A stretch of 64,000 bases of DNA from an uncultured Ulvibacter sp. (GTDB taxonomy: Bacteria > Bacteroidota > Bacteroidia > Flavobacteriales > Flavobacteriaceae), in the NCBI GenBank assembly GCA_938083445.1, contig CALKCP010000001.1, forward strand, positions 22,141-86,140. The letters are read 5' to 3'. Below, one piece after another: positions 49,820-57,912 of this stretch. The notes under the pieces were generated by a model. It searched no databases. It was not told the DNA's origin and worked only from the letters and a program-made list of their open reading frames with translations. Every line of letters begins with the position of its first letter. Positions within the stretch are counted from its first letter, which is position 1. Made by a program: the position numbers and the translations under genes.

Positions 49820-51916
49820 TTAATTGTTTTTAAGTTTATTTAAATAATAGTCGTACATCACAAACTGAGAACGCACCAAAGCCTCGCCATTATTTCTATA
49901 AGCATTGTCGTTGTTATTTGAAATCTCTCTTGCTTTCACATTATCACTCCAGCCAATTTCGAACATCTCTACGATTTGTTTTTTTATATCCAAATCGTAT
50001 ATTGGACAACTTACTTCAACTCTGTTATCTAAATTCCTTCCCATAAAATCGGCAGATGAAATGTAAATGTCATTTTTACCGTTATTTGAAAAAATAAACA
50101 ATCTTGGATGCTCCAAAAACTTCCCAATAATACTAATTACTTCTATATTTTCACTCATCCCTTGAACCCCTGGAATCAAACAACAAAGTCCTCTAACGAT
50201 TAATTGAACCTGAACTCCTGCATTACTCGCCTCATAGAGTTTATCGATTATACCATGATCAGACAAACTATTTAGCTTTAACTTTATGCCACTAATAACT
50301 CCAGATTTCGCGTTCAATATTTCAGTATCAATCATCTCGTATATTGCATTCCTAGTATAATGGGGCGACACTATTAAGTGGTTGTATTTTTTGATTTCAT
50401 AGTTAACTTCGAAGAAATCGAATACCTTATTTATTTCTTTGCATATCTTAGAATTAGAGGTAAATAAAGAATAGTCGGTGTACACCTTAGCTGTCGACTC
50501 ATTAAAATTTCCTGTGCTAACAATCGCATAACGCTTTAATTTCTTGTTTTCCAACCGTTCAACTAAGCACATTTTACAATGAATCTTCAAGCCAGCCACA
50601 CCGAAAATCAATTTAACGCCCTCACTTTGCATCTGTTCTGCATATCGAATATTGGCTTCCTCATCAAAACGAGCTCGAAGTTCGATCTGAACAGTAACAT
50701 CCTTTCCATTTTTTGCTGCATTAATGAGAGAACTTGAGATATGAGACAACTGTGCCAATCTATAGATTGTAATTTTAATAGTCTTAACCTTGGGGTCTAA
50801 GGCTGCCTCTCTTAAAAATTTAATGATATAAGAGAATGTTTGATAGGGAGCATGAAGCAAATAATCTTTTTTAGCTATCTTATCTAATAAACTTCCTTCT
50901 AGGCTCAATCCAGCAATTGGAACAGGTGTCTTGGGCTCATATTGCAAATCATTTCGCCCCAAACTCGGAAAATCCATATAATCCCTTCGATTGTGATAAC
51001 GTCCGCCTGGAATAATACTATCTGTATTATTAATTCCCATTTTATCTAACAAAAACTGAAGGGTTGCACTATCAATTGATTTGTCATAAACAAATCGAAC
51101 GGGATCACCTTTACTTCTTTCTTTAACACTCTTAGAAATTTTATCAATAAAACTTCTACTTAAATCACTGTCAATATCTAATTCAGCGTCACGACTAATC
51201 TTAATCATATGGGCTGATATACGCTCATATTTGAAAATATTAAAGAGATTATGAAGGCAATATCGAATTAAATCATCCAAAATAATAATGTACTGCTTAT
51301 CTCCTTCTTGCGGTAAAACAACAAAACGCTCAACTGATCTCGGGATTTCGATAAGTGCGTATAGTTTTTTAGCGTCAAGGGATGCATCTTCATTAGAAAT
51401 AACCATTTTTACCGCCAGATATGCAGCCGTATCTTTTAAGCTTGGGAATTTATCAAGTTCACTTATCATAATAGTGACTAAGGCCGGACTTACCTTACTG
51501 ATAAAATAATCCGAAATGAACTCACCTTGAGACGGAGTGACTTCGGTTTCGTCAATAATAAAGATGTTTTCTTTTTCTAATTGTTTATTAATTTCGGCTA
51601 AAACCTTCAGGCTGTTCCTTTGTTGGCTTATAACCGTTTGAGTGATTTCTTCCATTAATTCTTTAGCTGAATACCCTCCTAAAAAACTCCTACCCCCTTT
51701 TCCAGCATCGTCGATTCTTTTTATAGTCGCATATCTAACCTTAAAAAATTCATCTAAGTTATTCGAAAATATTCCGATAAAACGCAATCTTTCAATAAGC
51801 GGTACAGAGACATCTTCGGCCTCTTGAAGTACGCGCGCGTTGAATTGCAGCCAACTTAATTCGCGGTTTCTATATTGATTTTTAACGGTCTTATGCTTAA
51901 TTGTCTCTTCTTTCAT
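49820..51916 (-). CDS. ppk1: Polyphosphate kinase 1
   Basis: NRELSWLQFNARVL, SNNLDEFF, LHAPY, ELRARFDEEANI, HCK, TGNFN, SSADFMGRNLDNRVE. Confidence 0.97.
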   Translation of the reverse strand: MKEETIKHKTVKNQYRNRELSWLQFNARVLQEAEDVSVPLIERLRFIGIFSNNLDEFFKVRYATIKRIDDAGKGGRSFLGGYSAKELMEEITQTVISQQRNSLKVLAEINKQLEKENIFIIDETEVTPSQGEFISDYFISKVSPALVTIMISELDKFPSLKDTAAYLAVKMVISNEDASLDAKKLYALIEIPRSVERFVVLPQEGDKQYIIILDDLIRYCLHNLFNIFKYERISAHMIKISRDAELDIDSDLSRSFIDKISKSVKERSKGDPVRFVYDKSIDSATLQFLLDKMGINNTDSIIPGGRYHNRRDYMDFPSLGRNDLQYEPKTPVPIAGLSLEGSLLDKIAKKDYLLHAPYQTFSYIIKFLREAALDPKVKTIKITIYRLAQLSHISSSLINAAKNGKDVTVQIELRARFDEEANIRYAEQMQSEGVKLIFGVAGLKIHCKMCLVERLENKKLKRYAIVSTGNFNESTAKVYTDYSLFTSNSKICKEINKVFDFFEVNYEIKKYNHLIVSPHYTRNAIYEMIDTEILNAKSGVISGIKLKLNSLSDHGIIDKLYEASNAGVQVQLIVRGLCCLIPGVQGMSENIEVISIIGKFLEHPRLFIFSNNGKNDIYISSADFMGRNLDNRVEVSCPIYDLDIKKQIVEMFEIGWSDNVKAREISNNNDNAYRNNGEALVRSQFVMYDYYLNKLKNN

Positions 51917-52401
51917 TCCTTTAAATCTCTCGGTAAAATTACCATTTTTGTAACTCCAGTCTTAATTTTATTCCAACTATCAGTATCGAATTCTATCATT
52001 AGAAATCCACAGGTAGGCAAGTTATCAAAATATGTATTGCCTAACATATTCGCAATTGATGTAAATGCATGGTTATGACCCACAATCATTATTGATGACA
52101 AGGAGTTATCAAATTCTTTTATTACTCTCATAACATTTTGGCCTCCAAAGTCGTACAAATCATGATTCGTTATAAAATCTGCACTGTTAACTAACAAGGC
52201 TTCTTTAAAATATAAAGCAGTGGATTGGGCTCTAATTGCATCACTAGATACTATTTTCTCTGGTATGATACCTGCTTGTTTTAATGCACTCGAAACTAGC
52301 TCACAGTCCTTTTTACCGCTGCTCTTCAAGGGACGTTGATGATCAATAACGTCATCCTTCCAAGAAGATTTAGCATGCCTAACCATATACAGTGTTTTCA
52401 T
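51913..52401 (-). CDS. sixA: SixA-like histidine phosphatase
   Basis: VRHAKS, SSDAIRA, VGHN; ATG at 52401. Confidence 0.85.
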   Translation of the reverse strand: MKTLYMVRHAKSSWKDDVIDHQRPLKSSGKKDCELVSSALKQAGIIPEKIVSSDAIRAQSTALYFKEALLVNSADFITNHDLYDFGGQNVMRVIKEFDNSLSSIMIVGHNHAFTSIANMLGNTYFDNLPTCGFLMIEFDTDSWNKIKTGVTKMVILPRDLKE

Positions 52402-52524
52402 AAATTCAAATTTCGAATATCGCCTACCTATGCAGGGTTTCAATCTTAATTAATTGTAGTAATGGTAAGCCAGCGCATCTGCGCCTCTCCGCGGAATAAC
52501 ATTTAAAATTCGCAGCTCTTAGGG

Positions 52525-53169
52525 TCATGGAGCCAACCTCTGAATAATCCAACTTCCTTTATCTAACGTATACCGAATTCTATCGTGCAGGCGGTTAGGC
52601 CTGCCTTGCCAGAACTCTATAGTTAGAGGTGTAACAATATATCCCCCCCAATTAGTGGGCTTCGGCACCTCTTTATTTTCGTACTCTAACTCGAGCTCCT
52701 TTAAATGATTCTCCAAAACATCTCTATTTTTTATAACAGTGCTCTGGTTAGATACTAAGGCTCCAATTTGACTTCCTTTTGGTCTCGAATGAAAATACTT
52801 TTCAGAATCAAGATTGGATGTTCTTTTTGCTGTTCCTTTAATAATAATTTGACGTTCCATATTTGGCCAAAAAAATGACAGGGAAACCTTATTATTTATT
52901 TCAATCGATTTGCCTTTTTCACTATCGTAATTCGTGTAGAAATAAAATCCAAACGCATCATACTTCTTCAGCAGAACGACTCTTCCACGAGGAAATCCTT
53001 CCAAATCGATGGTGGTAAGCGTCATTGCATTAACTTCTACAACACCACCAGATTCAAGACATTCACTATACCAACTCTTAAATTGCTGAAGCGGGTTATT
53101 AGCAACAGATTTTTCAGAAAGCGCGCCTTTTTCATATGATTTTCTACTAGTATACAGATCTTCTTTCAT
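52525..53169 (-). CDS. pdxH: Pyridoxamine 5'-phosphate oxidase
   Basis: RVVLLK, FYTNYDSEKG, RPKGSQIGA, EFWQGRPNRLHDR, RLAP. Confidence 0.96.
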   Translation of the reverse strand: MKEDLYTSRKSYEKGALSEKSVANNPLQQFKSWYSECLESGGVVEVNAMTLTTIDLEGFPRGRVVLLKKYDAFGFYFYTNYDSEKGKSIEINNKVSLSFFWPNMERQIIIKGTAKRTSNLDSEKYFHSRPKGSQIGALVSNQSTVIKNRDVLENHLKELELEYENKEVPKPTNWGGYIVTPLTIEFWQGRPNRLHDRIRYTLDKGSWIIQRLAP

Positions 53170-53589
53170 ATACAAACTTTGATGCAAGTTACGAGTTTTG
53201 AAGAATGTTTAAAAGACTCTTTCAATTAAGTTGTATTCCTAAGTTTAAGTAAATTCTTTAAAAACAAAATTTCGCCCACGAATTACCCAAAACATTTCGT
53301 TTTCTAACTATTAATCACAAAAGAAAACTGATTAAAAATACCTATTTTCGTCTACTAAATTAAAAAATAATTTTTCATTGAAATCAGCGAAGAATTGGGT
53401 TATTTCAAAATCTCTTGCTGCATTAAATATGGCAGATTGGGAGAAGGTGACGGCTAAACCCATCCAAATGAAGTTATATGCAAAACATAAAAACCCCTTA
53501 ACACATCTTTTTATGTCATCGATTTTACATTTTGTTTCTCCAAGTGCTTTTGAATTGAGAAAACCATTTAAAGCCAAATTCAATAGCGT

Positions 53590-54600
53590 ATCGACTCTTT
53601 AACTCAAATAGTACTTGGTGCGTCTGTCGCAGAAGCTACTCTTGGAAGAAAGATTGGCAATAAGGCTATGCTATATGGTGCCATTGCCGGTACGTTGCCA
53701 GATTTGGATGTACTATTAAACTTTGTTACTGATGAAGTTTCAGCTACAGCGATGCATCGCGGGTTTTCACATTCGCTTCTTTTTTGTCTACTATTCTCCC
53801 CCATACTGGGTTGGCTTCTTGTTAAATTGGACCGAAAGAAGGAGGCAACTATGAAGCAATGGACTCTCATGTTTTTCTTGGTTTTGGTTACCCACCCCAT
53901 CCTAGATGCCCATACCACCTGGGGAACTCAATTTTTTTGGCCCTTAGATATTAGATTGGCTTTCAATAACATATTTGTGATTGATCCAATGTACACCTTC
54001 CCATTTCTAATTTTAGTTCTGGCTGCGATGTTCTACAAGAGAACAAGTAACAAGCGCAGGAGATTAAACAATTTGGGCTTAATGCTAAGCTCCGCCTATC
54101 TTTTGCTTACTCTAGTTTTCAAGGGCATTGGTTTCTATATGTTTAAAAAGACCTTACTGCGACAAGACATTGAATATTTTTCACTTGTAACCAAGCCTAC
54201 TCCTTTAAACACCATTTTATGGAACGCTCAAATCGAAACGGAAAACGGCTATCGTTTTGCATACTACTCATTGTTTGATGAGAAGCCCATATCATTTCAT
54301 TCGGAAATACCAAAAGGACATGATTTATTAACTCCTTATAAAGAACAGGAAGACATTAAAGCAATAATTAAATTATCACGAGGGTTCTATACTGTGGAGG
54401 AAGTCGAAGGTGGTTTCATTTATACGGATTTAAAATTTGGGCAATACGGTTTTACTAAAGACGCACCCTATGTTTGGCAGTACAAACTCATGAAAAATTC
54501 TGAAGGAAGCTTAGGTATTAAAAAAATAGATTTTACTAGCGATTTCAAAAGTACACGAAATGCATTTAGCTCTCTTATAGATAGAATTAAGGGGAATTAA
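53590..54600 (+). CDS. YdjM-like metal-dependent hydrolase (inner membrane); probable ATC start at 53590 (ORF track start is 53668)
   Basis: (I)DSLTQIVLGASVAEA, GTLPDLD, HRGFSHS, THPILD, FVIDP; frame bounded by TAG at 53584-53586. Confidence 0.88.
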   Translation: MDSLTQIVLGASVAEATLGRKIGNKAMLYGAIAGTLPDLDVLLNFVTDEVSATAMHRGFSHSLLFCLLFSPILGWLLVKLDRKKEATMKQWTLMFFLVLVTHPILDAHTTWGTQFFWPLDIRLAFNNIFVIDPMYTFPFLILVLAAMFYKRTSNKRRRLNNLGLMLSSAYLLLTLVFKGIGFYMFKKTLLRQDIEYFSLVTKPTPLNTILWNAQIETENGYRFAYYSLFDEKPISFHSEIPKGHDLLTPYKEQEDIKAIIKLSRGFYTVEEVEGGFIYTDLKFGQYGFTKDAPYVWQYKLMKNSEGSLGIKKIDFTSDFKSTRNAFSSLIDRIKGN

Positions 54601-54645
54601 ACACTTGGTTGTGTTAAATTTATGATCAATCTTGAGGTCAATTTT

Positions 54646-55551
54646 TCAAAAAATGATCGACTTTCCGTCTTCTGCAAGTTCCACATTCTCAAAAACTTGT
54701 TGCGCCTCTTTTCTGAAAACTTCATAATCGCCATAGCGTCCAGAATAATGACCGAGTAATAAGGCAGTAACCTTGGCATCCTTCGCTATCTGAGCAGCTT
54801 CCATTGCTGTACTATGCTTTGTTTTTTCTGCCAATTCTTGATGCTCACTTAAAAAAGTTGACTCGTGATATAGCAGTGTACTGTTCGTTATTTGTGGAAT
54901 AATTTTTGGCTCATAGGCTGTATCACTGCAGAATGCATACGATTTTGGCGCATCAGGTTCAAGACTAAGCTCGCTATTGGAGATGAGTTGTCCACTTTCA
55001 CTAGTTACATCAAATCCCTGTTTAATCTTTTCATAATAACTCATACTCACATTGGCCTTTTTAGCAGCGTCAATATTAAGCTTGCGCTCTCCCAGTTTCT
55101 CTTTAAAAAGGAACCCATTACAATAAACACGATGCCTCAACGGAATAGTATGAACAGTAACCGTATCGTCTTCATAGATTTGTTGAGAATCTTTACTTTC
55201 TAATTCATGAAAAATCAACGCATAATTTGTCCAAGATTTACCTAATTTCAACTGTAGCGTAATTGCCTCCTTAATTCCCTTAGGTCCGTAAACATGTAAC
55301 TCCGACTCTCTCCCAAGGAGCCTAAACGTTGAGATGAGACCTACCAATCCAAAAAAGTGATCTCCGTGTAAATGTGAAATGAAAATATGACGTATCCGTG
55401 AAAATTTTACTTTAAACCGCCTTAACTGAACTTGAGTTCCTTCTCCACAATCGATTAAGAACAAATGGCCTTTTACTTCTAGAACCTGAGCAGTTGGATT
55501 AGAATTCCAACGTGGTGTCGCCGAATGACATCCGAGAATAGTTAATTTCAT
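54646..55551 (-). CDS. rnz: Ribonuclease Z
   Basis: IDCGEGTQ, HLHGDH, CSDT, HESTF, GHYSGRY. Confidence 0.96.
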   Translation of the reverse strand: MKLTILGCHSATPRWNSNPTAQVLEVKGHLFLIDCGEGTQVQLRRFKVKFSRIRHIFISHLHGDHFFGLVGLISTFRLLGRESELHVYGPKGIKEAITLQLKLGKSWTNYALIFHELESKDSQQIYEDDTVTVHTIPLRHRVYCNGFLFKEKLGERKLNIDAAKKANVSMSYYEKIKQGFDVTSESGQLISNSELSLEPDAPKSYAFCSDTAYEPKIIPQITNSTLLYHESTFLSEHQELAEKTKHSTAMEAAQIAKDAKVTALLLGHYSGRYGDYEVFRKEAQQVFENVELAEDGKSIIF

Positions 55552-55653
55552 ATATATTGGCCGGAAAGACCGGTAACTTTTTTAAACTTCTTACAGACCG
55601 TATCTGTCTGTGTTCACCTCTCAAAAAAGACAAGAGTAATCCTTGTAGGATAC

Positions 55654-55989
55654 TTAAAGTCCCAGATCCCGCTCAATCTCCTCCATTTCTACAATGTCTC
55701 CAGCCTCATCTAGCGTTGGAACAACAATCATTTCCTCTGGAATATCGTCAATGTTCATAGCATCATTTACAATAACAAAAGAATGCTTTGTAGAGCGATG
55801 ATAATTTGAAAGCTTCAATAGCACTAATAATTTACTGAGGTCCATATCTTTATATTTCAATAAATCAACAACCACGTTATGTTCCTCATATTTAAGAGGC
55901 ACGATTCGCTCTAAATAGTGGGCGAATTTTACAAGATCATTATGCTGATCTACAAGCACGATATATTTTTCAGACCGACTAGTCTTCAT
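55654..55989 (-). CDS. Conserved hypothetical protein between pyrB and rnz
   Basis: 111 aa; VVPTLDEAGDIVEMEEIERDLG C-terminus; start overlaps the end of pyrB. Confidence 0.8.
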   Translation of the reverse strand: MKTSRSEKYIVLVDQHNDLVKFAHYLERIVPLKYEEHNVVVDLLKYKDMDLSKLLVLLKLSNYHRSTKHSFVIVNDAMNIDDIPEEMIVVPTLDEAGDIVEMEEIERDLGL

Positions 55990-56917
55990 TATGTTTAATT
56001 TTAGATGCTAAAAGATACAAAACAGCCATTCGGATGGCCACACCGTTTTGTACCTGATCGAGTATAATTGATTGTTTACTGTCTGCGACATCACTCGTTA
56101 TTTCTACGCCTCGGTTTATTGGACCTGGATGCATTACAACAATTTCTTTATTCAATGAATCTAACAGTTTCTTATTCACCCCAAATTGTTGCGTGTATTC
56201 TCTTGTTGTTGGAAAATAACTTATATCCATTCGTTCATTTTGAACCCTCAACATATTAGCTACATCACACCATTCTAGTGCGGCACGAAGATCAGGCTCT
56301 ACACCTACTCCTATTTCACCTATATACTTTGGCAATAGCGTTTTAGGTCCACATACTTTAATCTCAGCTCCAAGCTTTTGGAGGGCGAAAATATTAGACA
56401 ATGCTACCCTTGAATGTAAAATATCACCTACTATAACCACCTTTTTTCCAGCAACATCGCCGAGTCTTTCCCGTATCGAATAACAATCCAATAATGCTTG
56501 CGTAGGATGCTCATGCGCACCATCGCCCGCATTGATAATACTCGCATTTATATGCTTGGCCAAAAAGACACCAGCCCCCGGATTTGGATGGCGCATAACC
56601 ACCATATCCACTTTCATAGAAAGTATATTATTTACAGTATCAATTAAAGTTTCACCCTTCTTTAACGAAGATGAAGCGGCAGAAAAGTTTATTACATCTG
56701 CAGAAAGTCTCTTTTCAGCAAGCTCGAACGACAATCGTGTTCTTGTGCTATTCTCAAAGAAAAGATTTGCTATTGTTATATCTCGAAGCGATGGCACCTT
56801 TTTAATGGAACGATTGATAACCTCTTTAAAATGATCGGCAGTTTCAAAGATGAGTTCGATATCGGCTTCGGATATGTATTTAATTCCCAGTAAGTGATTT
56901 ACACTTAGTTCGCTCAT
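55979..56917 (-). CDS. pyrB: Aspartate carbamoyltransferase catalytic subunit
   Basis: FFENSTRT, NAGDGAHEHPTQALLD, HPGPINRG. Confidence 0.97.
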   Translation of the reverse strand: MSELSVNHLLGIKYISEADIELIFETADHFKEVINRSIKKVPSLRDITIANLFFENSTRTRLSFELAEKRLSADVINFSAASSSLKKGETLIDTVNNILSMKVDMVVMRHPNPGAGVFLAKHINASIINAGDGAHEHPTQALLDCYSIRERLGDVAGKKVVIVGDILHSRVALSNIFALQKLGAEIKVCGPKTLLPKYIGEIGVGVEPDLRAALEWCDVANMLRVQNERMDISYFPTTREYTQQFGVNKKLLDSLNKEIVVMHPGPINRGVEITSDVADSKQSIILDQVQNGVAIRMAVLYLLASKIKHNED

Positions 56918-57011
56918 TCGAAAATATTAAATTTAAACGTTTTTTTATTTTCATTCTAAAGATGCTTAATCAAAAACACCCTAGACCTCTTCTTTAATTA
57001 GAATCTTTCGT

Positions 57012-57551
57012 TTAGCTGTTTACTAAATAAACGGCATCTTCTCCATCTTGTTCCCTCCAACACACTCTTACTTTTTCATCTCCTATAGCATCGACCTGTC
57101 TGCCACGATAATCTGGTTGAATTGGCAGATGCCTGCTGAATCTTCGATCAATCAGTGTTAGTAATTCAATTTCAAGAGGACGGCCAAAGGACTGTATTGC
57201 CGTTAATGCCGATCTAATACTGCGACCAGTATAGAGCACATCATCAATAAATACAATGTTCTTATCCTCTACTGTGAAATCAATACTTGTTTTATTTGCT
57301 TCTAGTGTTTTATCACCTCTTCTGAAATCATCCCTGTAGAAAGTAATATCGAGATACCCCAACTGAACGTTCTTTAGTTTATATTCCTTTTCGAGAATTT
57401 CTTTTAAGCGCTCAGCCAAATAGACACCCCTCGGCTGTATTCCGATAAGTGCTGTATTATTAAAAGTATCGTGATTTTCTATTAATTGACAAGCCAAACG
57501 ATGAAGAGCAATTTTTACTTCTGTTGCGTTTAATAACACTTTTTGACTCAT
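57012..57551 (-). CDS. pyrR: Bifunctional pyr regulator / UPRTase PyrR
   Basis: GYLDITFYRDD, FIDDVLYTGRS, RHLPIQPDY; TATTTTTG promoter element at 57581-57588. Confidence 0.95.
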   Translation of the reverse strand: MSQKVLLNATEVKIALHRLACQLIENHDTFNNTALIGIQPRGVYLAERLKEILEKEYKLKNVQLGYLDITFYRDDFRRGDKTLEANKTSIDFTVEDKNIVFIDDVLYTGRSIRSALTAIQSFGRPLEIELLTLIDRRFSRHLPIQPDYRGRQVDAIGDEKVRVCWREQDGEDAVYLVNS

Positions 57552-57820
57552 AGGGTAGTTTCTGAAATCTATTCAGGATACAAAAATAGTATATTTTTAA
57601 TAACTAGTTGCTAATAATTGTTAGTGCTTTAAAACGTTTTCTTCCTCACTGCAGACACCTGAACCTCAAATCGTATTTATAATTATGGCTTCGAAGTCGT
57701 TTTGATCTGTTTTAAAAAATAAAAAATAAGAATAGAAGCGTGCAATACTGCTTATAAAGAGATGTTGTCAACGGCTAATCTTGAAAGCATTAAAGCCCGA
57801 TTCAACAAAGAGAAGAGAGC

Positions 57821-57851
57821 ATAAAAAAAGCCTCCCAAAGTGGGAGGCTTT
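57821..57851 (-). terminator. Intrinsic terminator downstream of rpsA
   Basis: AAAGCCTCCCA-AAG-TGGGAGGCTTT with a T run on the minus strand. Confidence 0.85.
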
Positions 57852-57912
57852 ACTTTTAGAATAAATGGCTCTGTCTTGCTTAACCTCTAAAAGGCGAGCA
57901 TACAGATTTAGA

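Noticed and set aside
55557-55653. Three short hairpins (CCGG/CCGG, ACAGAC/GTCTGT, ATCCT/AGGAT) upstream of rnz
   Set aside because: Stems are only 4-6 bp, with no second copy seen in the window; cannot be distinguished from chance
57640-57660. TGCAGTGAGG on the minus strand resembling the PyrR binding loop (ARUCCNGNGAGGYU)
   Set aside because: Partial match only, it lies upstream of the likely pyrR promoter, and no convincing terminator/antiterminator follows
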